50,744 bases of DNA, from sequence record SRR22947725_1095, one strand, 5' to 3'. The notes under the pieces are model-generated. The model worked only from the letters and a program-made list of their open reading frames with translations, did no database searches and had not been told where the DNA came from. A program made the translations under genes and the position numbers. Each line of letters begins with the position of its first letter. Position 1 is the stretch's first letter. This document shows, in pieces, positions 39,670 to 50,547 of this stretch.

Positions 39670-40827
39670 ATGAGTTCAGCTGAAAGGTTCTTTGCATTAA
39701 AGATTTCCCTAGTCATGGCTGTAAGAATGCTGGGCTTATTTATGTTATTTCCAGTGATGAGTGTTTATGCTGGAGATTATGAAAGTGCAACCCCTTTTCT
39801 TATTGGAATGGCAATAGGAATTTATGGCCTAACACAGGCTATATTTCAAATACCTTTTGGTTATCTCTCAGATCGGTTTGGTAGAAAACCAATTCTGTTA
39901 ATTGGTCTCCTAGTCTTTCTTCTTGGCAGCATTTTAGCAGCTAGTACATCAAATATTATTATTGTTGTTATTGGCCGAGCACTTCAAGGGGGAGGTGCTA
40001 TATCAGCTGTTCTTATGGCGTTTTTAGCTGATTCAGTTAGTGAAGAAAATAGAGCAAAGGCGAATGCATTCGTTGGATTTCAAATAGGGGTCGCTTTTAT
40101 GCTCTCACTTCTCATTGGACCAGTAATTTCATCAAGAGTTGGACTTTCAGGCCTTTTTTGGGTGATTGCCATTCTATCTTTGATTGCTATGCTTATTGTT
40201 CTCTCCTTAAAGCAAACTAAATCTATTACCTACTACAAGCTATCTATTGAAGCATTTAAAGAAACATTTACTAAAGAACTACTTGCCCTTGATTTTAGTA
40301 TTTTTTCACTTCATTTAATTCTTGCTGCTGGATTCATTGTGATGCCTCTTCTCATAATGGAAAATCAGATTGTAAGTATGTTAGATAATTGGCAGCTTTA
40401 TCTTCCAGCAGTTCTATTATCATTTTTAGGGATGATTCCTTTAATTGTAATTTCTGAAAAATTTAAAAAGACAAAATACATTTTATTGTTTAGTATTCTG
40501 CTGCTAATAGTGAGTCAAATTATCTTCTTTAGTTTAAATTTAAACTTCAATATTTTCTTAATTACCTTAACTATATTTTTTGTAGCATTTAATACCGTTG
40601 AGGCTTTGCTACCCTCTCTATTATCAAGAACCGCAAGCTCTTCAAAGAGAGGTTTAGCCATGGGAATTTTCTCTACATCACAATTTCTTGGCACCTTTAT
40701 TGGCGGAGCAATTGGCGGTTTTATTTATGACATTTACAATTTAAATAGTGTATTCTTATTTACCATATTTGTAGCAATAATTTGGTGGCTTTTGATTCTT
40801 TTTATGCCACTGAAATCTAAAACTTAA
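39670..40827 (+). CDS. MFS transporter, YajR-like
   Basis: [24 protein letters not shown]; commonly found upstream of ssb. Confidence 0.88.
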   Translation: MSSAERFFALKISLVMAVRMLGLFMLFPVMSVYAGDYESATPFLIGMAIGIYGLTQAIFQIPFGYLSDRFGRKPILLIGLLVFLLGSILAASTSNIIIVVIGRALQGGGAISAVLMAFLADSVSEENRAKANAFVGFQIGVAFMLSLLIGPVISSRVGLSGLFWVIAILSLIAMLIVLSLKQTKSITYYKLSIEAFKETFTKELLALDFSIFSLHLILAAGFIVMPLLIMENQIVSMLDNWQLYLPAVLLSFLGMIPLIVISEKFKKTKYILLFSILLLIVSQIIFFSLNLNFNIFLITLTIFFVAFNTVEALLPSLLSRTASSSKRGLAMGIFSTSQFLGTFIGGAIGGFIYDIYNLNSVFLFTIFVAIIWWLLILFMPLKSKT

Positions 40828-40844
40828 CAGGAGAAATTAATAGA

Positions 40845-41312
40845 ATGGCCGGGATAAATAAAGTAATTTTGGTAGGTAATTTGGGAGCAAAGCCAGAGAT
40901 AAAATATGCTTCAAATGGAAACGCAATTAGTAATTTATCTATCGCAACAAGTGAATCCTGGACAGATAAAAGTACTGGTCAAAAGCAAGAAAGAACAGAA
41001 TGGCATAGGGTTAGTTTGTTTGGAAAGGTAGCTGAAATAGCTGGTCAATATCTTGATAAAGGCTCAAAGGTCTATGTAGAAGGCAAACTCCAAACAAGAA
41101 AATGGCAAGATCAAAGCGGACAAGATCGCTACACTACAGAGGTTGTTATTAGTGGTTATAGCGGGACTCTTCAAATGCTAGATAGAAGGGATGATATGAA
41201 TTCAAGTGCTCCAATGCAGCAATCTCAGCCTCAAGCGCAGCAAGCTTCTCAGCCTGCGCCTGCAATCACTCCAGTCGCGCCTGATGAATTTGAGGATGAT
41301 ATTCCTTTTTAG
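40845..41312 (+). CDS. ssb: Single-stranded DNA-binding protein
   Basis: [17 protein letters not shown]-terminal DDIPF; GGAG RBS. Confidence 0.98.
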   Translation: MAGINKVILVGNLGAKPEIKYASNGNAISNLSIATSESWTDKSTGQKQERTEWHRVSLFGKVAEIAGQYLDKGSKVYVEGKLQTRKWQDQSGQDRYTTEVVISGYSGTLQMLDRRDDMNSSAPMQQSQPQAQQASQPAPAITPVAPDEFEDDIPF

Positions 41313-41315
41313 CTG

Positions 41316-41705
41316 TTAAGAGTTATACTCTGACTCGAGTACAACAAATGCTACTGCATGATTACTTTCATCAGAAATACTCAAATGACCCTGCTTAATT
41401 CCTTTTTCTAGAAGGTATAGTCTGAGTTTTTCACTTGGCATAAAGTAAGGCTTACCATTTTCGTTGTTTCTTATTGTAAGATCTTGGAAGCTAACCACTC
41501 TTCCTATTCCAGTTCCCAAGGATTTAGCAAATGCCTCCTTAGCTGCAAACCTCTTTGCGCAAAAGGCCGCACTGTCAGCTTTATTAGTAAATAGAGCTCT
41601 CTCGTGCTCTGTTAACACTCGATTGATAAAACCATCACGGTTTTTGATCAAAATCTTTTGGACTCTCTCTATGTTTACTATATCTGTCCCAATACCGTAA
41701 ATCAC
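41316..41705 (-). CDS. acpS: Holo-ACP synthase
   Basis: GIGTDIV, RFAAKEAFAKSLGTG, HLSISD. Confidence 0.96.
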   Translation of the reverse strand: MIYGIGTDIVNIERVQKILIKNRDGFINRVLTEHERALFTNKADSAAFCAKRFAAKEAFAKSLGTGIGRVVSFQDLTIRNNENGKPYFMPSEKLRLYLLEKGIKQGHLSISDESNHAVAFVVLESEYNS

Positions 41706-42436
41706 AACCCTCTTGCCTCTTGTATTAGCTGTTTCATTTCAGATGTAGCAGCTCCTAAGCCGACAAAAAGAGCTCTCGAGACAATTGAGTGACCAATATT
41801 TAGCTCTACGACACTGTTAATTTCAGCAATAGCTTTTGTATTCTCAAGAGTTAAACCGTGTCCTGCATTGACCTGTAAGCCAAGACTGTGTGCATAAGCA
41901 CAAGCTTCTGAGATTGTTTGAAGCTCTCTTTGCATTTCAGCAGCAGATGAGGCATCTGCATAATGACCTGTATGAATTTCAATAATTGGTGCGCCACATT
42001 CAACAGCCGCCTCAATCTGATAATTGTCAGGATCGATGAATAAAGAGGCTTTAATGTTGTTTGTGCTTAATTCAGAGCAAACCTCTTTGATTCTGCCTAA
42101 TTGAGATAGAACATCTAAGCCTCCTTCAGTCGTCAGCTCTTGCCTCTTTTCTGGAACAAGGCAGCAGTCTTCAGGCAAAATTTTAGTTGCTATTTCTAAC
42201 ATTTCATCTGTCGCAGCCATCTCCAAGTTCATTTTGGTTGAGAGCCTAGATTTTAATCCCTCTACATCCTGATCCTGAATATGGCGTCTATCTTCTCTCA
42301 AATGAAGAGTAATGCTATCCGCACCTGAGCTCTCGCATATTTTTGCAGCATCAATCAAGCTTGGGTAACGAGTACCTCTTGCTTGTCTTAATGTAGCAAT
42401 GTGATCAATATTTACACCTAAAAATATATCCATCAT
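41702..42436 (-). CDS. pdxJ: Pyridoxine 5'-phosphate synthase
   Basis: LGVNIDHIATLRQARG, HLREDRRHI, NAGHGL, ELNIGH. Confidence 0.97.
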   Translation of the reverse strand: MMDIFLGVNIDHIATLRQARGTRYPSLIDAAKICESSGADSITLHLREDRRHIQDQDVEGLKSRLSTKMNLEMAATDEMLEIATKILPEDCCLVPEKRQELTTEGGLDVLSQLGRIKEVCSELSTNNIKASLFIDPDNYQIEAAVECGAPIIEIHTGHYADASSAAEMQRELQTISEACAYAHSLGLQVNAGHGLTLENTKAIAEINSVVELNIGHSIVSRALFVGLGAATSEMKQLIQEARGL

Positions 42437-42441
42437 TAGAC

Positions 42442-43128
42442 CTAATTCACAAAAAACAATTCTTTACTTTTAAGGGGCTTATCCCCAAGTAAGGATTTTA
42501 ATCTTTTTCGATTCATTTTTTTCAAAATACTTAACTCTTTTGTTGAAGAAATAGGCTCATTAGATTTTGAAAGGTGAACAAGTGTACTGCCTTGAATTTC
42601 TCCTTCATCGTTAAGAACAAAGCCTTGATCCTCAATATAGTCATAATGGAGATTGTCATTAATGATATTGCCATCAATATCATCCTCAAAATCAAGACCA
42701 TAGCCTAAATCTTGTAACAATTGGTTTTCAAATACACGAAGGGTATACTCTTTTGCACTTGCATCTAATGAGCCAATACTCCTAATATAAGACCAATAGG
42801 ATTCAAATATTTCACTATGCTCATCACCTTCGGGGAGAAGCCTTTGTATAAGTTCGTTGACATACATTGCCATAACAAGATCGTTACCTAATAGGCGCCT
42901 TGGCTCGTCTGAAATTTCCCATTGAGACAGGCTTTTTAAATCGCCTTTTCCTTTGTATGATATGCTTAAACATTGAAACATTTGAAGAGAGGTTTTGCTG
43001 CTTCTTGCACCTCGAGCAATGAGCCTTAACTTTCCATGATCTTTTGTAAAAAAGTCCAGCAGGAGAGAGTTTCCTTGATACATTCTTCTGTGAATTAAAA
43101 AAGCGGGTGAATTTTCGACTCTAGTCAT
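42442..43128 (-). CDS. recO: DNA repair protein RecO
   Basis: AFLIHRR.Y..NSLL..FT..HG...ARGAR, YVNEL; era-recO-pdxJ order. Confidence 0.92.
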   Translation of the reverse strand: MTRVENSPAFLIHRRMYQGNSLLLDFFTKDHGKLRLIARGARSSKTSLQMFQCLSISYKGKGDLKSLSQWEISDEPRRLLGNDLVMAMYVNELIQRLLPEGDEHSEIFESYWSYIRSIGSLDASAKEYTLRVFENQLLQDLGYGLDFEDDIDGNIINDNLHYDYIEDQGFVLNDEGEIQGSTLVHLSKSNEPISSTKELSILKKMNRKRLKSLLGDKPLKSKELFFVN

Positions 43129-44005
43129 AACCCAACGATGCTAACGCTCTTTTATCATCTGACCAGCCTTGTCTAACCTTAACCCACAACTCTAAGAACA
43201 CTTTTGCTTCCAGAAAGCCTTCAATTGAAAGTCTAGACTCCATTCCTATTTTTTTAAGCATTGCACCGTTTTGACCAATGACAATGCTTTTTTGTGAGGC
43301 TTTGTCAACAAAAATTCGCGCTGCTATTCGATACATTTTGCCGTCAAGCTCTAGCTTTTCAATCTCAACGGTAATATCGTAAGGTAGTTCATTTGAAAGA
43401 TTTCTCATCAGCTTTTCGCGAATAAATTCAGAGATCACAAACTTTTGAGATCGATCTGTGATGTAATCCTCATCATAGATCGCATCCTGTTCTGGAAGGT
43501 ATTTTAAGATTAACTTTCTTAGTTTTTGAGTGTCTTTTCTTTCAAATGCTGACAATGGAAAGACCTCTGTGGCTTTAAATTTTTCATTTAAGGTCTCTAG
43601 AAAGGGGAACATTTTATCGGCTGACTCTAACTTATCTATCTTATTAATGCAGAGTATGACTGGGATATCTACCTTATTAAGGTGCTCCATTACTCTAGCA
43701 TCCTCTTTAGTCCATTTAAAAATTTCAACAATCCAAATGATCATGTCTACATCGTTAAAACTAGAGCTAGCAGCCCGATTCATATATGAATTAATAGCTT
43801 TATTGTTACCAATATGTATGCCGGGAGTATCCACAAATACCATCTGGTAATTGGCTTGAGTATCAATTGCATTTACCCGGTGTCTTGTTGTTTGTGGACG
43901 ATGTGAGGTAATCGATAATTTTTGTCCAATCAACTCATTGACAAGAGTAGATTTGCCGACATTGGGCTTACCAACAACTGCAATGGAGCCTGATTGAAAA
44001 ACCAT
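43121..44005 (-). CDS. era: GTPase Era (ATG at 44005 overlaps the rnc stop codon)
   Basis: GKPNVGKS, QTTR, DTPG, NKID, KH domain VIGQNG. The TAATG stop/start overlap supports 44005 over 44041. Confidence 0.96.
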   Translation of the reverse strand: MVFQSGSIAVVGKPNVGKSTLVNELIGQKLSITSHRPQTTRHRVNAIDTQANYQMVFVDTPGIHIGNNKAINSYMNRAASSSFNDVDMIIWIVEIFKWTKEDARVMEHLNKVDIPVILCINKIDKLESADKMFPFLETLNEKFKATEVFPLSAFERKDTQKLRKLILKYLPEQDAIYDEDYITDRSQKFVISEFIREKLMRNLSNELPYDITVEIEKLELDGKMYRIAARIFVDKASQKSIVIGQNGAMLKKIGMESRLSIEGFLEAKVFLELWVKVRQGWSDDKRALASLGYD

Positions 44006-44667
44006 TATTTTAAAATTTCCTCTAAAATTGACTGAGCACAAGCCTGCTCTGCCCTTTTGATGCTTTTAGCATTTTTTTCAGAAGTAAGATTGAGTTCTGA
44101 GACAGTACAGCTCACATAAAAAATTGCATTATGGTCTTTTCCTTTGGTCTGAATCAGCTCATAGCTTGGCAGAGAATGCCCTTTCTTTTGAAGTAGCTCT
44201 TGAAGTTGAGTTTTAAAATCTTTTAATGAATCCTCTGGTTTCGCCTGATTAAGTAAGTCATTAAAGAGATTTAGGATTATATTTTTTACAGTTAAATAGT
44301 CAGAATCAAGAAAGATAGCGCCCAGTATTGCTTCAAATGCGTCAGCAAGAATCGATTCACGTCTAAAACCCCCACTTTTAAGTTCTCCATGACCCAATGT
44401 TAGACTTTCAGAAATATTTAGAGTTTTGGCTAAATTTGCAAGAGTTTGTCCTCTTACAAGATGAGAGCGAAGTCTTGATAGTTGGCCTTCATCAATTAAA
44501 GGATAGCGTAAGTATAGCTCTTCCGAAATAACACACCCTAAAACACTATCACCTAAAAATTCAAGTCGCTCATTATTACTCTTGCTGACACTTCGATGCG
44601 TAAGCGCTTGCTTCAGCAGAGCAATATCGTTAAATTTATAAGTGAATTTTTTTTGAAGTTTTTCCAT
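44005..44667 (-). CDS. rnc: Ribonuclease III
   Basis: ALTHRS, NERLEFLGDS, dsRBD KTQLQELLQ. Confidence 0.97.
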   Translation of the reverse strand: MEKLQKKFTYKFNDIALLKQALTHRSVSKSNNERLEFLGDSVLGCVISEELYLRYPLIDEGQLSRLRSHLVRGQTLANLAKTLNISESLTLGHGELKSGGFRRESILADAFEAILGAIFLDSDYLTVKNIILNLFNDLLNQAKPEDSLKDFKTQLQELLQKKGHSLPSYELIQTKGKDHNAIFYVSCTVSELNLTSEKNAKSIKRAEQACAQSILEEILK

Positions 44668-44670
44668 TAA

Positions 44671-45465
44671 TTAAACCGCTACTGGGGCTTTAATGGGATC
44701 ATCATGCTCGTAATCAATGAGCTCAAAGTCTTCGTAAGCATAATCAAATATGCTCTCAGGTTTTCTATTAATTTGAATAGTTGGAAGCTTTTTTGGCGTT
44801 CTTTGAAGCTGAGTATCAACTTGGTTAAAGTGGTTTGTATAGATATGGCAGTCACCTCCACTCCAAACAAAGTCACCTAACTCTAAATCACATTGCTGAG
44901 CAACCATATGGGTCAGTAATGCATATGAGGCGATATTAAATGGCACCCCTAAAAATATGTCTGCACTTCTTTGATAGAGCTGACAAGATAGCTTTCCTTC
45001 TGCAACATAAAACTGAAAAAGAGCATGGCAAGGCTGAAGAGCCATGCTTTCAAGTTCTCCAACATTCCAGCTTGAAACAATAATCCGTCTTGAGTCTGGC
45101 GCGTTTTTAATCAGATTAATTGCTTGCTGAATTTGATCAATTTCATGGCCGTTAGCATTTTTCCATTTTCGCCATTGAGCGCCGTATACAGGGCCAAGAT
45201 CTCCATTTTTATCAGCCCATTCATTCCAAATATTGACTTTATTATCTTTCAAGTATTTAATGTTGGTGTCACCCTTTAAAAACCAGAGTAACTCATGAAC
45301 AACCGAGGGAACATGAACTCGTTTGGTGGTTACAATTGGAAAGCCATCAGCAAGGTTAAAGCGCATCTGGTGGCCAAATATGCTTTTAGTGCCTGTTCCA
45401 GTTCTATCTGTTTTTTCAGCGCCTTTATCTCTAACAAGGTTCAAAAAATCTAAGTATTGTTTCAT
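44671..45465 (-). CDS. thyA: Thymidylate synthase
   Basis: [37 protein letters not shown]. Confidence 0.98.
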   Translation of the reverse strand: MKQYLDFLNLVRDKGAEKTDRTGTGTKSIFGHQMRFNLADGFPIVTTKRVHVPSVVHELLWFLKGDTNIKYLKDNKVNIWNEWADKNGDLGPVYGAQWRKWKNANGHEIDQIQQAINLIKNAPDSRRIIVSSWNVGELESMALQPCHALFQFYVAEGKLSCQLYQRSADIFLGVPFNIASYALLTHMVAQQCDLELGDFVWSGGDCHIYTNHFNQVDTQLQRTPKKLPTIQINRKPESIFDYAYEDFELIDYEHDDPIKAPVAV

Positions 45466-46250
45466 GTTTGACCCTTTAAATTGTATGACTTATTTAAAAA
45501 ATAGAGTCCAATTAGTATCATTGGAAAGCTGAGCAATTGTCCCATAGTCAGCCAGTCAAATGCTAGATAACCAATATGTGAATCTGGGGCCCTAATAAAT
45601 TCAATTATAAATCTAAAAAAGCCATAAAAAATAAGGAATAAGGCCGAGGTTGCAAATAATGGCGGATTCTTTTTACTAAAGATCCAAAGTATTATAAACA
45701 ACAAGAGTCCTTCTAAAAAAGCCTCATATAGCTGCGTTGGAAATCTTTGTTCCCAGAGTCCGCTCTGATCAGGCGCCAAAACCCCCCAAGAGCTATCAGT
45801 TACCCTACCCCAAAGCTCACCATTAATGTAGTTTCCTAGCCTCCCAAATCCTAAGCCCAGGGGAACAAGTGGCGCAATGAAGTCTGTTGTTTGAAAAAAC
45901 GAGAACTCATATTTTCTATTAAAAACCAGCATAGCTATAAGCACACCAATAAATCCTCCATGAAATGACATCCCCCCATTCTGGAAATTAAAGAATGTGA
46001 TTGGGTTTGAAATAAATATTGAGAAGTTATAAAAGATTAGGTACCCCAGCCTACCGCCTAGGACGGCTCCTAGAGCACCATAAAAAATAAGGTCATCAAC
46101 ATGCTTTATATTCCATAAAGTACTCAATTTTGCGCGATACTTAGCTAAGAAATAGGCTGATAAAAAAGCCAAAAGATACATAACACCGTACCAGTAAATT
46201 TTGACAAAACCAAGGTCTGCTAAAACAGGATCAATGACAATATACTTCAT
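45462..46250 (-). CDS. lgt: Prolipoprotein diacylglyceryl transferase
   Basis: [40 protein letters not shown]. Confidence 0.97.
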   Translation of the reverse strand: MKYIVIDPVLADLGFVKIYWYGVMYLLAFLSAYFLAKYRAKLSTLWNIKHVDDLIFYGALGAVLGGRLGYLIFYNFSIFISNPITFFNFQNGGMSFHGGFIGVLIAMLVFNRKYEFSFFQTTDFIAPLVPLGLGFGRLGNYINGELWGRVTDSSWGVLAPDQSGLWEQRFPTQLYEAFLEGLLLFIILWIFSKKNPPLFATSALFLIFYGFFRFIIEFIRAPDSHIGYLAFDWLTMGQLLSFPMILIGLYFLNKSYNLKGQT

Positions 46251-46381
46251 AGATTAGAACATGCCTCTTGTGAAGATTTATTGGTAATTTTAGTTAAGAA
46301 TTTATACATATTATTTAAAGACAAATTATATGCATTATTGAAAGATGAATGTATTTAAGTCCTTATGGATGAGTCAAATAA

Positions 46382-46858
46382 TTAACTTGGATATTGGATG
46401 GGAGAAAGACCTTTCTTTTGATAGAGGGGATGGGCTGGCTGCCCTGTTTTGTTAACTTTAAGACACATAGGGTTATTAATCAAGTCTAATACTTCTTTAT
46501 CTCTATTATGTAGCGCCCCATCATTACCCCAAGCAACGAGAACGATCCCAGATTCTTTCTGATGCTCTATTATGAATTTATTATTGTCCTCACCAATTGG
46601 ATTATTTGCTTTTCTTAAGTCACTAGGTAAGGTTGCTTTAAGGGCAAAGAGATTAACCATTATGAGTCCTCCAAAACCCCATCGATAAGCATAATGCATA
46701 GATCTTCTAATCGTTGGATCATCTTTTTTTTCATCTGCAGTAGAGGGGTTTAGTCCAATAATTAATGCAGGCTTTTGGCTTAGGTTCCATACTCTTGAAA
46801 GAGAGTATCTGTATTGATTACAGGGTGAGAAAATAGCACTTTTTTTTATAATTTTCAT
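46382..46858 (-). CDS. DUF1643 domain protein
   Basis: SAIFSPCNQYRYSLSRVW, GLNPSTAD..DDPTIRR, NLFA, VAWG, GQPAHPLY. Confidence 0.85.
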   Translation of the reverse strand: MKIIKKSAIFSPCNQYRYSLSRVWNLSQKPALIIGLNPSTADEKKDDPTIRRSMHYAYRWGFGGLIMVNLFALKATLPSDLRKANNPIGEDNNKFIIEHQKESGIVLVAWGNDGALHNRDKEVLDLINNPMCLKVNKTGQPAHPLYQKKGLSPIQYPS

Positions 46859-46936
46859 TTGAATTAAAACTTTAACTATAAAATCATTTTAAATAAGTAT
46901 TTAAATCATTTACTAAAACAACTACCTCTCTTTTTT

Positions 46937-47920
46937 ATGTTTGACAAATTTGAACGAATTGATCTTGGTCATTTCCCAACACGCATTGAATATCTTAAAA
47001 ATATCTCTGATATGCTAAAGGGTCCTCAAATATTTATTAAAAGAGATGACTGTACTGGTCTTGCAACGGGAGGAAATAAGACAAGGAAGCTTGAGTTTAT
47101 CCTTCCAGATGCTATAAAAAATAATTCTGATCTTATCGTTACTGTTGGTGCTATTCAGTCAAATCATGCCAGGCAAACTGCTGCTGCATGCGCTAAAATC
47201 GGAATGAAGTGTCTCATAGTTTTAGAGCAAAGACTTGATAATGCGCCTGAAAGTTATATGAATTCAGGAAATGTTTTTTTGAATAAAGTTTTCGGTGCTG
47301 AGATGATTTTGTGTCCAAAAGATAGAGATGTAAAAGAGTTTGCTGAAGAAATTATGGAAGATCAAAAAAGGGATGGCTATAATCCTTATTTTATTCCAGT
47401 TGGAGGCAGCAATCGCCTTGGAGAGTTAGGTTATATAGAATGTATGCGTGAGATTCTCGAAAACTCTAATAAGGACTCATTCAGCCACATTGTTGTAGCT
47501 ACTGGGAGTGGAGGAACACACGCTGGTCTTGTTGCGGGAAAAACTCTTTATAAAAGCAACACTAAAATTATTGGGATAAGTATTAAAGATAATAAATCTA
47601 ATCAAGAGAAACGAGTTCTTAAATTAACTCAAAACTCCTGTGAATACATTAGTTGCAATCCGCCCAGGGAGGAGGATGTTATCGTTTTTGATGATTATGT
47701 TGGCCCAGGGTATGCGATGCCAACAGATGGAATGAGAGATGCGCTATCTTTAATGGCAACGAAAGAGGCTATTTTGCTCGATCCTGTCTACACGGGAAAA
47801 GCATTTGATGGACTCATTAATTTAGTTAGAAAGAACTACTTCAACTCTTCAGACAGGGTGCTGTTTATTCATACTGGCGGGTCGGCTGCACTTCCGGCTT
47901 TTGAGTGGGTTTTTAGTTAA
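46937..47920 (+). CDS. PLP-dependent D-cysteine desulfhydrase / cysteate sulfo-lyase family enzyme
   Basis: KRDDCTGLATGGNKTRKLE, QSNHARQTA, GSGGT. DPVYTGK and HTGG differ from the ACC-deaminase DPVYEGK and HLGG. Confidence 0.85.
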   Translation: MFDKFERIDLGHFPTRIEYLKNISDMLKGPQIFIKRDDCTGLATGGNKTRKLEFILPDAIKNNSDLIVTVGAIQSNHARQTAAACAKIGMKCLIVLEQRLDNAPESYMNSGNVFLNKVFGAEMILCPKDRDVKEFAEEIMEDQKRDGYNPYFIPVGGSNRLGELGYIECMREILENSNKDSFSHIVVATGSGGTHAGLVAGKTLYKSNTKIIGISIKDNKSNQEKRVLKLTQNSCEYISCNPPREEDVIVFDDYVGPGYAMPTDGMRDALSLMATKEAILLDPVYTGKAFDGLINLVRKNYFNSSDRVLFIHTGGSAALPAFEWVFS

Positions 47921-47928
47921 CTTAAAGC

Positions 47929-49425
47929 TTAGTCCCTTTTCTTACCTTGTATAACTCTATCAAGGATTAGAGCGCAGAACAAGATAGCAATTCCAGCCAA
48001 GATTCCTTGGCCAACATTTGCATATTGGAGAGCCTCTAAGACATCTTGGCCTAAGCCTTTTGCGCCAATAAGTGAGGCAACTACAACCATCGCAAGGCTC
48101 AGCATTACAGTTTGGTTAACGCCTGCCAGTATTGTTGGCATCGCTAAAGGGAGATCAACCTTAGTCAATAGGTACCACTTGGAAGCGCCATAGGCTATAG
48201 CGGCCTCCCTGATTGACTCAGGGACTCCTTTTAAGCCAAGGACGGTTAGTCTAACAACTGGGGTCCCACCAAAAATCATAGTGATAATAACCGCCGATAC
48301 CTTTCCAGTTCCAAAAAAGGCGATCACAGGAATCATAAATACAAACGCTGGCATGGTCTGCATGAAGTCCATAATGGGCCTAATAAAGGCATAGAATCTT
48401 GGCCTTGTCGAGCAATAAATGCCCAAAGGTATACCAATGGAAATGCTAAGTATTGCAGCAGTTCCAAGAAGAGCTAGAGTTGTCATCGCTTTAATCCAAA
48501 ACCCTAGTAACCCCATGTAAGCTAAAAATGATAGTGAATATAGAGCTGCCCTTGGTCCTGCTGAAAGGCCTGTCATTAGAACGATCGCACTAATAACAAC
48601 AATCCAAGGTGTGGTTACAAAGAGCATTTCAAGAGAGTCAAGAACCGAGCGAATTCCGATAGTAATAGCACTAAAGAGGACATCTCCTTTAATTACAGCA
48701 TAGTCAAAGGTTCTTTCAACACCATCGATTGATGCAAGTCTTATGTCTGGGTGTGTTGGGAAGTCTGCAAACAGCTCAACAAGATATGGGAAGCTGTAGT
48801 GAACAGAGGAGAGGACAATGATTATTAATGCAAAAGATATGCTTAGCAGATAGTTCTTAAACTCCATTCCAGGGCTAATAAGCTTGTTTGATAGCCACTC
48901 TGAGAACCGTCTTTCTAGAATTGAGTTTGCTAATACTCCTTGTATAAGTCTGATCAAGAGAAAAAGAATGATGCCACTGATAGCTATCCAAATTCCCGAC
49001 GCTTCAATATTTTGCGCCTCTTGAAGGTATCCCGCTATCGAGTCCTCTAAAGACTTAATAGTTCTTTTGAACATTTCAACTTTATCAGAGTTACTCTCTA
49101 TGGCTGATTGAAGCTGTTTTTGTCTAAAGTCGATAGTCGACTGAATTTTATCGATCTTGGTATAGGCCTCTGCACTAATGTTTCCAAAAAAACCTCGAAT
49201 GATTTGGACAATAGCAAAGGTTTCAATAATTAAGAATGCCAGTGACCAATTCCATATGTTCCTTATACCAAACCATATTGAGCCAAACAAGAAGGCAAAT
49301 AAATTGAACGATAATACAAACTTAGATGTATTGTTTATCTTTTCAAATTCGTGAATATAGTAATCAGGGTTTGTCTTTACAAAATCCTTGATTTGATCTG
49401 TATTGATATAGTTATCTTTACTCAT
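47929..49425 (-). CDS. Glycine betaine/TMAO-type ABC transporter permease with a long N-terminal extension (ProW/TmoW-like)
   Basis: C-terminal DFMQTMPAFVF and EAAIAYGA...GVNQTVMLSLAMVVVASLIGA. The N-terminus carries an FNLFAFLFGSIWF motif and a coiled coil. Confidence 0.85.
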   Translation of the reverse strand: MSKDNYINTDQIKDFVKTNPDYYIHEFEKINNTSKFVLSFNLFAFLFGSIWFGIRNIWNWSLAFLIIETFAIVQIIRGFFGNISAEAYTKIDKIQSTIDFRQKQLQSAIESNSDKVEMFKRTIKSLEDSIAGYLQEAQNIEASGIWIAISGIILFLLIRLIQGVLANSILERRFSEWLSNKLISPGMEFKNYLLSISFALIIIVLSSVHYSFPYLVELFADFPTHPDIRLASIDGVERTFDYAVIKGDVLFSAITIGIRSVLDSLEMLFVTTPWIVVISAIVLMTGLSAGPRAALYSLSFLAYMGLLGFWIKAMTTLALLGTAAILSISIGIPLGIYCSTRPRFYAFIRPIMDFMQTMPAFVFMIPVIAFFGTGKVSAVIITMIFGGTPVVRLTVLGLKGVPESIREAAIAYGASKWYLLTKVDLPLAMPTILAGVNQTVMLSLAMVVVASLIGAKGLGQDVLEALQYANVGQGILAGIAILFCALILDRVIQGKKRD

Positions 49426-50482
49426 CTTGGCCCTCTACAATGGCAACCAGTAAGTCTTTTTGAGAGACAATACCTATCTCTTCATTGTTCGAATTATTGA
49501 TTATTATTGGCATGTCACTTGAAACTGAAGTCTCAATAAGGCTACTCAAGTCATCATTCTCATTCATATTTAAGGCGCCCTTAGGAACTGCCCCGTATTC
49601 TTTTTTAAAGGCATCTAATGGCTTCATAATTGATTTAGCTTTTACGACTTCTAGTCTAGATATACCCTTTACAAAATCAGCTACGTAATCGTCCTCTGGA
49701 TTCATCACTATTTCTTCAGGGGTGCCAATCTGGATAACCATACCATCTCTCATAATTGCAATGCGATGACCGACTTTAACGGCTTCATCTAGGTCATGAG
49801 TAATAAATACTGTCGTCTTCTTTAGCTGTTTTGATAATTTTATAAATTCTTTTTGGAGTTGTCTCCTAATAAGTGGATCCAGTGCGCTAAAAGGCTCATC
49901 CATTAGAAGTATCTCTGGATCAGCTGCTAGTGCTCTTGCCAGCCCAACCCTTTGCTGCATTCCACCAGAGAGTTCATGGGCGTACTTATTTCCCCATCCT
50001 TGCAATTCAACGATGTTTAATATTTCATTTGCTTTGCCATATCTCTTATTCTTATTGATACCTCTAATCTCAAGAGGCATTGCAATATTGTCAATGACTG
50101 ATCGATGAGGCATCAAGGCAAAGTTTTGAAAAACCATACCTATTTTTTTATTTCTAAAATCTTGAAGTTCTTGTTTTTCGAGAGCCATGACATCTTGGCC
50201 ATCAATCAGAATTTGACCCATAGTAGGCTCTAATAATCTATTGATATGCCTTACAAGAGTGGACTTTCCACTTCCAGAAAGACCCATTACGCAAAATATC
50301 TCTCCTGGATTAATATTAAAGGATACATCTGACACGCCAATTACTGAGTTATATTCTTCTAAAGCAACTTGCTTTGAAATATGTTGTTTAGTAATGGCAT
50401 CTAATGCTTCTTTTGAAGTATTACCGAATATCTTAGAGATATTCTTAATTTCAATAAAGCTTCCTGAGTTTTGTTGAGGCAT
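49418..50482 (-). CDS. Glycine betaine/TMAO-type ABC transporter ATPase (ProV/TmoV-like)
   Basis: GLSGSGKSTLVR, LSGGMQQRVGLARAL, MDEPFSALDPLIR. Confidence 0.9.
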   Translation of the reverse strand: MPQQNSGSFIEIKNISKIFGNTSKEALDAITKQHISKQVALEEYNSVIGVSDVSFNINPGEIFCVMGLSGSGKSTLVRHINRLLEPTMGQILIDGQDVMALEKQELQDFRNKKIGMVFQNFALMPHRSVIDNIAMPLEIRGINKNKRYGKANEILNIVELQGWGNKYAHELSGGMQQRVGLARALAADPEILLMDEPFSALDPLIRRQLQKEFIKLSKQLKKTTVFITHDLDEAVKVGHRIAIMRDGMVIQIGTPEEIVMNPEDDYVADFVKGISRLEVVKAKSIMKPLDAFKKEYGAVPKGALNMNENDDLSSLIETSVSSDMPIIINNSNNEEIGIVSQKDLLVAIVEGQDE

Positions 50483-50499
50483 GACTTGTAGAATTAATT

Positions 50500-50530
50500 A
50501 AAAAAAACCGGCGTATAAAACGCCGGTTTT
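50500..50530 (-). terminator. Intrinsic terminator hairpin between the binding-protein gene and the ATPase gene
   Basis: Stem AAAACCGGCGT (50504-50514) / ACGCCGGTTTT (50520-50530) with a U-tract on the minus strand. Confidence 0.85.
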
Positions 50531-50547
50531 AAGACGAACTAGCTAGA

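Noticed and set aside
44006-44041. N-terminal extension of Era in the ORF track (and likewise aapJ 29927-29968)
   Set aside because: Better starts exist: the TAATG overlap at 44005 for era and the RBS-supported ATG at 29926 for aapJ.
46937-47920. ACC deaminase (acdS)
   Set aside because: Has DPVYTGK and HTGG instead of the diagnostic DPVYEGK and HLGG.
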